A DNA stretch of 64,000 bases from Chthonomonadales bacterium (GCA_037443035.1 JBBIPC010000021.1:1-64000); one strand, 5' to 3'. Positions 32,331 to 42,448 are shown, numbered from the stretch's first letter. Program-made: numbers and translations. The notes: generated by a model from the letters alone, not told the origin.

Positions 32331-33095
32331 ATGAAATTCGCGACGAGAGACTGGAAAGCCATAGGAGCACTGATGGGCTCGGCAATGGTCATGGGGGCCG
32401 TACTGACGTCCGCGCAACAGCGATCGGCTGGTGCTGAGAAGTCGGTTCGCTTCGGAGACATCATCCTGAAGAACTTCGCCACTGCGGAGCTCGAGCTGGG
32501 TGTCATGGCAAGAGTCACCGGGCCGTCCACAACCGTGGACGCAGTTGACGCGGACCGCAAGACTACGGCACAAATCCGAGCTCAGACGATCACCGCCTAT
32601 ATGGCCAAACCCAAGTCCGAAAGACCAACAAGACGCGAGCTAGGGATCGTGGAGCGTATCGAAGCAACGGGATCGGTGACGTTCGTGGGAACGATGAAGT
32701 CGGAAGCGGATCAGCCAGTCGAAATCCGTGCCAGTGGGACTAAGGCGGTCTACGAGAAGACCGCGGCGTTATTGACACTCACAGGTCCGATCACGTTTCA
32801 TGCCGAGCAGTACGACCCTTCCGCCCAGGGCAAAGATATCGTGGAAGGCAAGGCGGGTCGAGCGACATATGACGGAGGGAAGCGGGTTCTCAGACTCTAC
32901 GGTGATGTGGAGGCCACGGTCGTGACGCCAGCGACACCGCCCGAGGGGTCTTCGTTCTCCGGCGACGAGGTGACGATTGACATGAGCGTTCAGCCTTACC
33001 GGGTCGCCATCTCCAATCCATCCCTGAAAGGCGCCATCAATATCAAGGTCCTGGAGCCAGAGAAGCAGCAGAAGCCGAGCGAGAAGGGCCGGTAG
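32331..33095 (+). CDS. LptA/OstA-like periplasmic protein
   Basis: Signal peptide; [14 protein letters not shown]...LTLTG and GDEVTID beta-taco pattern. Confidence 0.65.
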   Translation: MKFATRDWKAIGALMGSAMVMGAVLTSAQQRSAGAEKSVRFGDIILKNFATAELELGVMARVTGPSTTVDAVDADRKTTAQIRAQTITAYMAKPKSERPTRRELGIVERIEATGSVTFVGTMKSEADQPVEIRASGTKAVYEKTAALLTLTGPITFHAEQYDPSAQGKDIVEGKAGRATYDGGKRVLRLYGDVEATVVTPATPPEGSSFSGDEVTIDMSVQPYRVAISNPSLKGAINIKVLEPEKQQKPSEKGR

Positions 33096-33112
33096 GCAGG
33101 GGCCAGGATCGA

Positions 33113-33832
33113 GTGGAAATCGCTGCCGAAGATCTGGTCAAGATCTACCGTGGCCGCCGCGTCGTGGACGGCGTGAGCCTCGACATGCATCAGGGAGAGG
33201 TGGTGGGCCTGCTCGGACCCAATGGCGCCGGCAAGACCACGACATTCTACATGATCGTCGGTCTGGTGCGTCCGAACGAGGGGAGGGTGTTACTTGATGG
33301 TAGAGACATCACCTCGATGCCCATGTACCGGCGTGCAAGAGCTGGCATTGGGTATCTCGCCCAGGAACCCTCGGTATTCCGCGAACTGACTGTCTTGGAC
33401 AACATCCGGCTCGTTCTCGAGCATTCGACGATGACACGCCAGGATCAACAGGCCAAAGCGGAAGAACTCCTGGAGGACATGAACATCGCCCATCTGCGGA
33501 ACCACCGCGGGAAGATGCTGTCGGGTGGCGAGCGAAGGAGAGTGGAAATCGCGCGCGCACTCGCCACGTCACCTGCGTTCATTCTGTTGGACGAGCCGTT
33601 CACCGGGGTGGACCCCATCGCCATACAGGACATCCAGCAGATCATCGCCAGGCTGCGCGATCGAAACATAGGGATTCTCATTACCGATCATAACGTCGAG
33701 GCGACGCTGAAGATTACCGAGCGGGCCTACATCATCGCCGATGGCCAAATCAAGGCCTCGGGCGCATCATCTGTCCTCCCTCAGGATCCGGTCGCCCGCC
33801 GGTACTACTTCGGCGAGGGGTACGGCGGCTAG
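33113..33832 (+). CDS. lptB: LPS export ABC transporter ATPase
   Basis: Motifs [33 protein letters not shown] and ITDHNV. Confidence 0.95.
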   Translation: MEIAAEDLVKIYRGRRVVDGVSLDMHQGEVVGLLGPNGAGKTTTFYMIVGLVRPNEGRVLLDGRDITSMPMYRRARAGIGYLAQEPSVFRELTVLDNIRLVLEHSTMTRQDQQAKAEELLEDMNIAHLRNHRGKMLSGGERRRVEIARALATSPAFILLDEPFTGVDPIAIQDIQQIIARLRDRNIGILITDHNVEATLKITERAYIIADGQIKASGASSVLPQDPVARRYYFGEGYGG

Positions 33833-34987
33833 ATGTTCAAGACGGTCGACCGACTGGTCTTTCGCGAGCTGATAGGGCCAGTGACCAATAGCTTCTTCCT
33901 GTTCCTGGCGCTGCTCTTCAACTCCGTGTACCTGCCGAAGATGACCGACCTCATGGTCAAGGGGGCTTCGCTGCCCCAGGTGGCCAAAGTCGCGGTGCTC
34001 GGTGTGCCGGTACTCGTGACACAGTGTCTGCCTATGGCTATGCTCCTAGGAGCGTTGCTGGCCTTCGGGCGTTTGTCCGGCGACAGCGAGCATATTGCCC
34101 TCTACGCCAGCGGTGTCAGCTTCTACCGTGCGACACGACCGGTCATCTGGCTGGGAGCGCTCCTGAGCATCGTTGCCTTCGCTTGGAACGAGACCGTCGT
34201 GCCCGCCTCCATGCAAGCCTTCTACAAGGCGTCTTTCGAAGCCATGGAAGCGACCATGGTACCGACGAAAACGCAGCCTATCCACTATGCCGTGAAGAAG
34301 GCCGACAGCGAGGAGATCGAGGAGGTCATCACGATCTCCGGCGGTTACGACCCCCGCGCCAAACAGCTTCGCCAGGTCTGTATCCTGCTCATGAGCCAGG
34401 ACCCGAAACGCAAGGGGCAACCCGAAGCACTGATCTATGCGGATCGCGTCGAGGCACACGATGAGAAAGGCCTCAACGCCGACTTCTACGATGTCTATGT
34501 CCGCTACTTCGACCCGGATAGAACGCTACGACGGCAGTCCGATGCCTGGTACGCCAAGACCCAGTCACGCGCGCTGGGACCGGGGGTTCGGTTCGATCGG
34601 GACTTCAGAGGCGTGCCGGAACCGCAGATAACGGACAACAGGATCATGTCCTTCGCTTCCCTTCGCGCCGCCATCGAAGCCAAACGTCGTGAGGGCAAGA
34701 CGGATCTCGGCGCCGACGAAGTGAACTTGTGGGAGAAGGTCGCGTTCCCCGTGGCAGGGATCATCTTCGGCTTGGTAGGTGCACCGCTCGGCGTTCGTCC
34801 GCAACGGGGCAGCAAGGCCATGGGTTTCGGCATGGCCATCGGTATTATCTTCTTGTACTGGCTCGTGCACAACGGTATGTTCCAGTTTGGCAAGGCGGGG
34901 TCGGTGCCTCCGATGCTGGCAGCGTTCACGGCAAACATCCTCGGGGCCGTTGCAGCAGGCTTCCTGGTGGCACACACCCGCCAGTAA
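33833..34987 (+). CDS. LptF/LptG family permease
   Basis: Motifs LPMAMLLGALLAFGRLSGDSE, ASGVS, NETVVP and GAPLG. Confidence 0.9.
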   Translation: MFKTVDRLVFRELIGPVTNSFFLFLALLFNSVYLPKMTDLMVKGASLPQVAKVAVLGVPVLVTQCLPMAMLLGALLAFGRLSGDSEHIALYASGVSFYRATRPVIWLGALLSIVAFAWNETVVPASMQAFYKASFEAMEATMVPTKTQPIHYAVKKADSEEIEEVITISGGYDPRAKQLRQVCILLMSQDPKRKGQPEALIYADRVEAHDEKGLNADFYDVYVRYFDPDRTLRRQSDAWYAKTQSRALGPGVRFDRDFRGVPEPQITDNRIMSFASLRAAIEAKRREGKTDLGADEVNLWEKVAFPVAGIIFGLVGAPLGVRPQRGSKAMGFGMAIGIIFLYWLVHNGMFQFGKAGSVPPMLAAFTANILGAVAAGFLVAHTRQ

Positions 34988-35061
34988 CACCGCCCTCGGT
35001 CACAGCCGTATGCGCGGATAAGAACCGAGGCGAACCGCCGGTCAGCGGCGTCGGGGAGGTG

Positions 35062-36618
35062 ATGGACGTGTGGACTGCTGCAGCACTCAGCGTGACAGTG
35101 CTCATGGGAGGACTGATCGCCTACCTTGGCGATCTCATCGGCCGCCGTTTCGGCAAGCGGCGCGCGTCCATCTTCGGCCTACGTCCGCGCCACACGGCAA
35201 TCCTCATCACGGCGGTGACCGGAGTCCTCATCTCCTTGCTAACGACAACGGTGCTCTTCCTCGCCGTGGTACCAGTCCGACGGGTCATACTGGAGGGCGA
35301 GGCAGCCATTCGCTCCAGCGCACGTCTGAAGCGGGAGAACGCTACTCTGGAGGCGACCAACCGGGAAGTCCGCGCAGCCGCCTCTAGAGCGCTAGAGGAA
35401 CGAGAACAGGCCGTCCAACAGCGGGATGCTGCCAAGGCCGAGCAGGCGCGCGCCGAGCAGAGCCTTGTCGCCGTTCGACAGTCTCTTCAGATGGCTCTGC
35501 GGGCCGCGACGCGAGCACGTCAGGCCCGCGCGACCGCAGAACGTGCTGCGCGCTCAGCTCATCGGCAGATGCTTCAGGAGCGGGCCGCAGCTCAGGAACT
35601 AGCCCGAAGCAACGAGTCCCTCAGAACCATCAATGACGACCTTCGCAATGCGTCGGACGAGCTCAGGCGGAGAAACGAGACGCTGCGTGCAGAGAACGAT
35701 ACGTTGGCGAGGACCAACGCAGCCTACTCACAGGAGAACGAAGCCGTCGCACGGCAGAACGAAACCCTTGTCCGTGAACGCGATAATCTGACCGCCACCG
35801 TGGCCGATCTCCGCAAGCAACAAGAACAGCTAGCGCAGCAGACGCAAGCATTGCAAGCGCAGTACAACGATTTGATGGAAAGTTATACTACGGCCTATGG
35901 AGCCCATCGTTCACTATGGCAGATGTTCGAGGGGTTGCGCACTCGACGCATCGCCATCCATGGAGGAGACGAGTTGGCGCGGGCCGTGGTACCCCCGGAC
36001 ACTCCTCCGGAGGGCGTTCGGGCGATCATCGGGCGCTTGCTGAGCGAAGCGCACCGTAATGCCCTAGCCAAAGGAGCGACCCCCGGCGAGAAAGCACGAG
36101 CCGTGGAGATCGTGGATAGGAGGTTCGCCACGCCCACGCCAACCGGCGTAACGACCTTACGAGTGACAGAGCAGGAACGATTGGACGCGGTCGTGACCCG
36201 CCTCGCCAGATCGCCGGAACCGGCGTGCCTGCTTGCCGTTGCGGTGGCCAATAGCATCGCGGGTGAGCCGGCTGCCATAGACCTGCAGCCTCTGCCGAAC
36301 CAACTGGTCTACCGCAAGGGACAGGTGGTTGCGTCCCGAAAGATAGATGCGACGCGGAATCCCGGCGACATATTCGACGAGCTAGTGCTGATGCTCAAAG
36401 GGATTGGGCAAAGCGCCCTGAGCAGGGGGATCATCCCCCGTCTGGACCCCTTGACGGGTGAGCCCCAAGTGGGTTCGTTGAGCGCCCAGGAAGTGGTGGA
36501 TCTGGCCTTCCGTGTGTTCCGCAACGCCCGACGTATGGAAGTCACTGCGGTCGCGGCCACGGATATAGCGGCAGCCGATCCGCTCACGTTGCAATTCCGT
36601 ATTCGACCGGTTCTGTGA
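35062..36618 (+). CDS. DUF3084-domain coiled-coil membrane protein
   Basis: GGLIAYLGDLIGRRFGKRRASIFGLRPRHTA followed by a long coiled coil. RBS GGAGG. Confidence 0.85.
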   Translation: MDVWTAAALSVTVLMGGLIAYLGDLIGRRFGKRRASIFGLRPRHTAILITAVTGVLISLLTTTVLFLAVVPVRRVILEGEAAIRSSARLKRENATLEATNREVRAAASRALEEREQAVQQRDAAKAEQARAEQSLVAVRQSLQMALRAATRARQARATAERAARSAHRQMLQERAAAQELARSNESLRTINDDLRNASDELRRRNETLRAENDTLARTNAAYSQENEAVARQNETLVRERDNLTATVADLRKQQEQLAQQTQALQAQYNDLMESYTTAYGAHRSLWQMFEGLRTRRIAIHGGDELARAVVPPDTPPEGVRAIIGRLLSEAHRNALAKGATPGEKARAVEIVDRRFATPTPTGVTTLRVTEQERLDAVVTRLARSPEPACLLAVAVANSIAGEPAAIDLQPLPNQLVYRKGQVVASRKIDATRNPGDIFDELVLMLKGIGQSALSRGIIPRLDPLTGEPQVGSLSAQEVVDLAFRVFRNARRMEVTAVAATDIAAADPLTLQFRIRPVL

Positions 36619-37094
36619 CCTGGATCATGGCAGCCGCTCCTTCCTCTCGAGCAGAGCCTGAGCAGAGCAAGTCGGAGGAAGTCGCACCACGCGTCGTCGC
36701 AGTGGACCCCGGGCGCAGCAAGTGCGGTGTGGCCGCGGTAGGTGCGTCCGGCACAGTGCTCTATCGCAACATCGTTCCGACGGATCAGGTCACCCGTATC
36801 GTTGTCGGACTCTGCGGTGGCAGGAACGTAAGCGTGGTCGTTGGCAATGGTACCGGTTCGAGACCGATCCTGGAGACTCTGCGGTCTGCTGGTCTGTCGG
36901 TCGAGGAGATGGACGAACGACACACCTCGGAGGAGGCGCGGCGACTCTATTTGCGAGACCATCCACCGCCGGGCTGGCGCCGATGGATACCGGTCGGGCT
37001 TCGCTACCCCGATGAACCCTATGACGACTACGTGGCACTCATCCTCGCCGAACGACGTATTTCTGAGTTGAATCGCTTGACAAACAGGCGATAG
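36615..37094 (+). CDS. YqgF/RuvX-like RNase H-fold protein
   Basis: Motifs AVDPGRSKCG, VGNGTGS, DERHTSEEAR and DDYVA. Start is uncertain. Confidence 0.8.
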   Translation: MTWIMAAAPSSRAEPEQSKSEEVAPRVVAVDPGRSKCGVAAVGASGTVLYRNIVPTDQVTRIVVGLCGGRNVSVVVGNGTGSRPILETLRSAGLSVEEMDERHTSEEARRLYLRDHPPPGWRRWIPVGLRYPDEPYDDYVALILAERRISELNRLTNRR

Positions 37095-37106
37095 TTGTGC
37101 TAGGTT
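37077..37106 (+). promoter_or_regulatory. Sigma70-type promoter of the SLH-porin gene
   Basis: TTGACA (37077-37082), 18-bp spacer and TG-n-TAGGTT (37101-37106). Confidence 0.6.
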
Positions 37107-37109
37107 AGG

Positions 37110-37393
37110 TATGGCAAAGAGGCGATGCCAGTGCTCTCGTGTGAGAGTGGCGGCGCCCGATTGCCAGAGCAGGCTTCTCAAGGATGGAGCCGCGCGAGCC
37201 ATGCGTGCTCAGCGTGGAAGTGCCGAGCCTGAGAGGTGTGGCGGATGAAGAAGAAGGAAACAGGGACTACTTCCTCATTCCTCCTACCTCGTGGGAAGGC
37301 CGCCCAGGCGGAGCGGGTTAGGATCGCGCAGCTAAGCCTGAGAGATGTCCTGCGTCCGAGTACCACGTACAAGGAGGAGGCAGAATGAGGAAG
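37110..37393 (+). promoter_or_regulatory. Long structured 5' leader with an anti-RBS/anti-start sequence
   Basis: About 275 nt non-coding with several hairpins. CTTCCTCATTC (37270-37280) is the exact complement of GAATGAGGAAG (37383-37393), which spans the ATG. Confidence 0.55.
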
Positions 37394-39262
37394 GTTCTGA
37401 CCTTTCTAGGCGCTTCCATTTGCCTGGCGTGGGTGTTGCCTGTCATGGCGCAGACCGCGCCGTCCGAGTTCAGTGACGTCCCGACGGACCACTGGGCATA
37501 CGCGGCGGTCGAGTCGTTGCGCGCCAAGAACATCCTCGTTGGGTATCCCGACGGCTATTACCGTGGGAAGCGCACGCTCAGCCGGTACGAATTCGCAGTC
37601 GCGCTCAAGCGCGCCCTGGAGAGCCTCCAGCTCGTTCAGGGCCCCAAGGGTGATCCTGGTCCCCAGGGCCCCAAGGGCGACAAGGGCGAGAAGGGCGAGC
37701 CCGGTCCGCAGGGACCCGCGGGCGTGGGACCCGAGGAACTGGCAACCCTCAAGAAACTGGCTGACGAGTTCAAAGCCGAACTGGCGAACCAGGGCGTGAA
37801 CATCAACGCGCTGAACGCCAAGCTCGACAAGCTCGCAAAGGACGTGGCCGATCTCAAGGCCAAGGTCGAAGGCATGCCGGTCGTTTCTGGCCAGGTCTTC
37901 GCCGGTGTCCGCGTCGATCGCACCCGCACCCCGTTCGCCGATCTGGACGGGCGTCTGAACAACCCCGCTCTCGTCAATTCCGCGACGGTCGTGCACGCTC
38001 TCGAACTGGGCGTGGCAGCGAAGTCGGGCGAGACGAATATCAAGGGTTCGGTTGTTCTGGACAACTACAAGAACTACCTGGGCGGCACGTTCACCGGCAT
38101 TGGTGGACTGAATGATGCCCCGACCGGTGATGTCTGGATCAATCAACTCACCGCGGAAGCTCCGTTCAATGGCTTCGGCCAGAATGGCAAGTTCACCATC
38201 GGTCGCCTGCCGTTCCAGGTCAGCCCACTGACACTCTGGAAGCCGGATGTGGACCGCTACTTCAACAACCCGATTGTTGATGACGGCATGTTCCGCATGG
38301 ATGGCTTCACCCTCAGCACAGGTCTGGGAAGCCTCGGCTTGACGGCCTTCGCTGGTTCGTTCAAGACTGTCGGTGGCACCCAGAATAACATGCTGAACCC
38401 ACCGTTGGCGGGCGTGACGGGACCGGCTATCTTCGGTCTCGGCAAGCCGGCGGGCATTGCGGCGTTGACCGCTCCACTAGAGCAGGTTGGCGGCGTCGTG
38501 CTGAGCCTGCCAGTGAAGGTGGGGCAGGAGGGCAGCCAGCTTCGCACGGTGGCATTGCTCGGCACCGGCGGAACGAAGGTAACCTACACCAACGTGGCAG
38601 TTCTGTCCGCAGACGCGAAGCTGAACCTCAGCGAGAACCTCTCGTTCGACGCGGCCTGGTCCAAGTCCATGACCGGAACCAGCCGGAGCATCGCTTCGGT
38701 GGTGAATGGGCAGAACAACGCCGTGGTGGGCACCCTCCGGTACAAGACTGGTAGCCTGGGCGTCACGGCTGGGTACAAGTACATTGACCCGTTGTTCTAC
38801 GCTCCTGGCTTCTGGGGTCGCGTGGGCAACTGGCTCAATCCGACCAACATCCAGGGGCCGACCCTTGGCCTGAACTACGAGTTCTCGCCTGCGTTCGCGA
38901 TGAGCGCTGGCTACGACTACTTGACCGACGCCCGCGACCGCAGTGCCAGTGGAAGCCTGGGTAAGGATGACGAGATCCATCGCGTACTCGTCGGTATGCG
39001 CTGGGCCATCTCCGACTCCTTCGAGACCACGGTTGACTGGGAGGGCGTCTACTGGAAGCTGGCTGGTGAAATAACGCTCGTCCATCCGGTCGAGCACTAC
39101 ATCACCCTTGGCACAGGCTATGCCCTGAACGACACGACGAAGATCAAGCTGGGCTATCAGATTGGGTCGTTCGATGGCAAGGACTTCGTGGCAGGGGGCG
39201 CTGGCACCGGCACCAACTTCAACTACAACGTCTTCACGACGCAGGTCTCGGTGAAGTTCTAA
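37385..39262 (+). CDS. SLH-domain outer-membrane protein (OmpM-like porin) with a collagen-like segment
   Basis: Signal peptide, SLH domain (FSDVPTDHWAY...GYPDG...SRYEFA), (GXY)9, coiled coil, and a beta-rich C-terminus ending TQVSVKF. Confidence 0.85.
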   Translation: MRKVLTFLGASICLAWVLPVMAQTAPSEFSDVPTDHWAYAAVESLRAKNILVGYPDGYYRGKRTLSRYEFAVALKRALESLQLVQGPKGDPGPQGPKGDKGEKGEPGPQGPAGVGPEELATLKKLADEFKAELANQGVNINALNAKLDKLAKDVADLKAKVEGMPVVSGQVFAGVRVDRTRTPFADLDGRLNNPALVNSATVVHALELGVAAKSGETNIKGSVVLDNYKNYLGGTFTGIGGLNDAPTGDVWINQLTAEAPFNGFGQNGKFTIGRLPFQVSPLTLWKPDVDRYFNNPIVDDGMFRMDGFTLSTGLGSLGLTAFAGSFKTVGGTQNNMLNPPLAGVTGPAIFGLGKPAGIAALTAPLEQVGGVVLSLPVKVGQEGSQLRTVALLGTGGTKVTYTNVAVLSADAKLNLSENLSFDAAWSKSMTGTSRSIASVVNGQNNAVVGTLRYKTGSLGVTAGYKYIDPLFYAPGFWGRVGNWLNPTNIQGPTLGLNYEFSPAFAMSAGYDYLTDARDRSASGSLGKDDEIHRVLVGMRWAISDSFETTVDWEGVYWKLAGEITLVHPVEHYITLGTGYALNDTTKIKLGYQIGSFDGKDFVAGGAGTGTNFNYNVFTTQVSVKF

Positions 39263-39290
39263 CCCGCGACAGGCGTTCGGTAAGCGTTGG

Positions 39291-39325
39291 GGCTCCCGCC
39301 GAGGTCCTGCCACGGCGGGAGCCTT
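39291..39325 (+). terminator. Intrinsic terminator-like hairpin
   Basis: 11-bp stem GGCTCCCGCCG/CGGCGGGAGCC followed by TT, after the SLH gene. Confidence 0.65.
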
Positions 39326-39362
39326 GATTCTAGTAGGAGCTTTCGAACAGGAGGAATGACAG

Positions 39363-39791
39363 ATGAGAAACAGCGTACTGGGGATGATCGCAGCAGTGAC
39401 GGTGTTGGGGTTGGCCGTGGCGGGTACGGCCCAGCTCGGCAGCATCGTCAAGGGGGGCGCCATCGCCCTGGCGGTCAGCAAGTTCGGGCCGCAGATCAAC
39501 GACGCCATCAACACGCTGCTGGGTCAGCGCAATGCCAAGACGACGCAAGCTACCAAGGTCGTCCCCATTCTGTCCATTGGCGACAGTGGATACCTTGGGG
39601 CGGTTCAGGTCACGGGTCCGGAGCGGCTGGTCAAGAAGGTGGAGGCCGTTGCTCAGATCGAGGGACGGTTCAAGGTCATCGGAGGAGTGCGGTTGCGCGC
39701 TCTGGTGCCGGTGAGCACCAAGACGCCCCACAAGGGCTTGGACCGGGTCGAGGGCGTCGGCGTCAGCGCCATCGTGGACTTCAAGCTCTAG
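39363..39791 (+). CDS. Conserved hypothetical secreted protein
   Basis: RBS AGGAGG, signal peptide and TKVVPILS...GAVQVTGP. Confidence 0.75.
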   Translation: MRNSVLGMIAAVTVLGLAVAGTAQLGSIVKGGAIALAVSKFGPQINDAINTLLGQRNAKTTQATKVVPILSIGDSGYLGAVQVTGPERLVKKVEAVAQIEGRFKVIGGVRLRALVPVSTKTPHKGLDRVEGVGVSAIVDFKL

Positions 39792-39893
39792 CAAATCGTA
39801 TCGCTATCGAAACCCAATCGCGCTCAATGCCCTGGATGTCCGAACGGTCTCTGTATGACCTTGGTACGGGCGCGCTCGGTGTAGAGGGAGAGG

Positions 39894-42323
39894 ATGCGCG
39901 GCACACGATTGTTGCTGATAGCACTACTGATGGGATGTGGTGCCGTCGGTCTGAGCCGTGTCGTGCGGCTGGCTCGAGGACCGCATCCAGTCTCGGGCAT
40001 CCCCATCGTCACGCCTGGGCCAGATGGAGACTACCGGATCCTGCACAACGGCTGGAAGATCAGGCCGGCGGGACGCCATCTCTCTTGTAACGACTTGCCA
40101 CTAGGAGGGGAGATTAGCCCGGACGGGCGGCTGGTGGCCATTCCCAACTGCGGCTACAACCGCCATGCGGTCCATGTGCTCGATCTCGAGGCAGAGAAGG
40201 AAATCGCGACAATCCTTGTCGCCCAAGCGTGGCATGGTACGACCTGGTCACCAGATGGCGGACGGTTCTACGTCTCAGGAGGAATCGGAGGCGCCCAGAC
40301 GATCATCCACGTATTCGGCAAGGCGAGTAATGGCGACTGGGAGAGAACCGGCACCATTCAGCTCGACGGCGCGCCGGAACGAAGCTGCGTCTCCGGTCTG
40401 GCCATGGCGCCAGATGGCAGGTACTTGGTTGCGCTGAACCATAAGGATGGCTGTGCCTATGTACTGGACCCTGCGACGGGGACGACGACGCACCGACTTC
40501 AGGTCGGCACGCACCCAAGCGCATGCGCATGGTCTGCGGATAGGACGGAGCTCCTTGTTGCGAGTTGGGGCAGCAGCGAAGTCGTGCGCCTGCGTATCGG
40601 GCAGGACCGGCAACCGACCATCACAGCTCGCTGGCGCGTCGGAGCGCACCCGAATGCCCTTGCCACAACGGCCGATGGACGGGTGTTCGTTTCGTGCGGC
40701 AACGAGGACACCGTGTACGTTCTCGACGGCCGGACAGGAGAGGTCATGGAGCGAATTCGAACGGCTCTTTCGCCGCTGGATCCGCTAGGCAGTACCCCCA
40801 ATGCGCTGGCCATCACTGGCAACCGCCTCTACGTTGCCAATGCCGACAATGACAGCCTCTGCGTGGTGGACATCGGAAGGAGGGGCCGGTCGCGCGTACT
40901 GGGCTTCATCCCCACAGGGTGGTATCCCACAGCCGTCCTGGCAGCGCCGAACGGTCGGAAGCTCCTCGTAGGGTCCGGCAAGGGTACTGGTACTCAGCCG
41001 AACCCCGCCCGCTTGCCTCTGAACCCCATCATCCCTGCGGGCTTCGAGTACATCGGACGTCAGCTGAACGGCCTCCTGTCGTTCGTGGATCCACCCAGCG
41101 AACGCGAACTCGCGGAGTACACGCGTCAGGTGCTAGCCTGTACCCCACGTCCCGGGAAAGACCGGTCCCAGGCGATGGGCCGCTCGGTGATTCCGCGCCG
41201 TCCTGGTGATCCATGCCCAATCCGCTACGTGCTCTATATCATCAAGGAGAACCGAACCTACGACCAGGTGTTCGGGGATCTACCACAGGGCAACGGCGAT
41301 CCTACCCTCTGTCTCTTCGGCCGCGATGTCACGCCCAATCAGCATGCCCTTGCAGAGGAGTTCGTGCTTCAGGACAACCTCTACTGCAACGGGGAGGTTT
41401 CGCAAGATGGCCATCCTTGGAGCACCATGGCCTATGCCACGGACTTCACGCAGAGGGCCTGGGTCTTGCGCTATTCCGGCAAAGGCGATCTAACCGACGC
41501 GGCTGGCATGGCGGACTCGTCGGCGGGGTTCATCTGGCAAGCATGCAAGGCGAAGGGGATCAGCTACCGATCCTACGGCGAGTACGCCACGCATCCCACA
41601 CTCGAAGGACATAGTAGCCTGGAGTACATCGGCAAAGCCGGACCGGGTCAAGCGCCGCCGGGGCGCGATACGGACCGAGCCGAGATCTTCCTTCGCGAAT
41701 TCAGGGAGTTCGAACGGAACGGGACGATGCCCAGGTTCATGGTGATGTCTCTGGGCGAGAACCATACCAACGGTACCCGGCCAGGTTCCTATACTCCCAA
41801 GGCCATGGTAGCTTCCAACGACCTCGCGGTAGGGCGTATCGTCGAAGCCGTGAGCCACAGCAGCCTCTGGAAGGAGTTCGCTATCTTCATCATCGAAGAT
41901 GACGCCCAGAATGGCCCCGACCACGTCGACTCTCACCGAACGGCCGGACTGGTTATCAGCCCCTACGTCCGACGGAGGTTCGTGGACAGTACGATGTACT
42001 CCACCACTTCCATGCTGCGGACGATGGAACTCATCCTGGGGCTTCCACCGCTGACTCAGCACGATGCACGCGCCACACCGATGTACGCCTGCTTCACAGA
42101 CAAGCCGGACTTGCGGCCGTTCACGGCGCTCCCTCCACGCGTTGACCTGAATGCGAAGAATCCGGCGACAGCCTACGGTGCAGCGGTGTCAGCGCGGATG
42201 GACTGGACCGAGTACGATCGGATAGACGAGGACGCGCTGAACCGCATCCTCTGGCACAGCATCAAGGGGGAGCGAACGCCCTATCCGGGTGTAGTTCGGT
42301 CAGCGCTCATTCGCGGAGACTAG
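39894..42323 (+). CDS. YncE/YVTN beta-propeller fused to a phosphoesterase (alkaline-phosphatase-like) domain
   Basis: Propeller repeats (VGTHP, VGAHP, LYVANA, IPTGWYP) followed by IIKENRTYDQVFGD and EDDAQNGPDHVDSHR. Confidence 0.88.
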   Translation: MRGTRLLLIALLMGCGAVGLSRVVRLARGPHPVSGIPIVTPGPDGDYRILHNGWKIRPAGRHLSCNDLPLGGEISPDGRLVAIPNCGYNRHAVHVLDLEAEKEIATILVAQAWHGTTWSPDGGRFYVSGGIGGAQTIIHVFGKASNGDWERTGTIQLDGAPERSCVSGLAMAPDGRYLVALNHKDGCAYVLDPATGTTTHRLQVGTHPSACAWSADRTELLVASWGSSEVVRLRIGQDRQPTITARWRVGAHPNALATTADGRVFVSCGNEDTVYVLDGRTGEVMERIRTALSPLDPLGSTPNALAITGNRLYVANADNDSLCVVDIGRRGRSRVLGFIPTGWYPTAVLAAPNGRKLLVGSGKGTGTQPNPARLPLNPIIPAGFEYIGRQLNGLLSFVDPPSERELAEYTRQVLACTPRPGKDRSQAMGRSVIPRRPGDPCPIRYVLYIIKENRTYDQVFGDLPQGNGDPTLCLFGRDVTPNQHALAEEFVLQDNLYCNGEVSQDGHPWSTMAYATDFTQRAWVLRYSGKGDLTDAAGMADSSAGFIWQACKAKGISYRSYGEYATHPTLEGHSSLEYIGKAGPGQAPPGRDTDRAEIFLREFREFERNGTMPRFMVMSLGENHTNGTRPGSYTPKAMVASNDLAVGRIVEAVSHSSLWKEFAIFIIEDDAQNGPDHVDSHRTAGLVISPYVRRRFVDSTMYSTTSMLRTMELILGLPPLTQHDARATPMYACFTDKPDLRPFTALPPRVDLNAKNPATAYGAAVSARMDWTEYDRIDEDALNRILWHSIKGERTPYPGVVRSALIRGD

Positions 42324-42329
42324 CGAACC

Positions 42330-42363
42330 AACGCCCTGGCCGCCGGACACGACCAGGGCGTTT
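42330..42363. terminator. Hairpin between convergent genes (likely bidirectional terminator)
   Basis: 10-bp stem AACGCCCTGG/CCAGGGCGTT. Confidence 0.65.
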
Positions 42364-42375
42364 ACGCTCGACCCA

Positions 42376-42448
42376 TGGGCCCGGTAGGATTCGAACCTAC
42401 GATCAATCAGTTATGAGCCGACTGCCTTGACCACTAGGCTACGGGCCC
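42376..42448 (-). tRNA. tRNA with CAU anticodon, most likely tRNA-Ile2 (lysidine)
   Basis: Reverse complement is GGGCCCGTAGCCTAGTGGTCAAGGCAGTCGGCTCATAACTGATTGATCGTAGGTTCGAATCCTACCGGGCCCA. The GGGCCC acceptor is Ile2-like, and CCA is not encoded. Confidence 0.9.

Noticed and set aside
37226..37348. TPP riboswitch suggested by the CTGAGA motifs
   Set aside because: I could not find the other conserved TPP aptamer elements, and the downstream gene is unrelated to thiamine.
42376..42448. Initiator tRNA-fMet assignment
   Set aside because: Positions 1:72 form a G-C pair and the anticodon stem lacks three consecutive G-C pairs. Elongator Met is not fully excluded.
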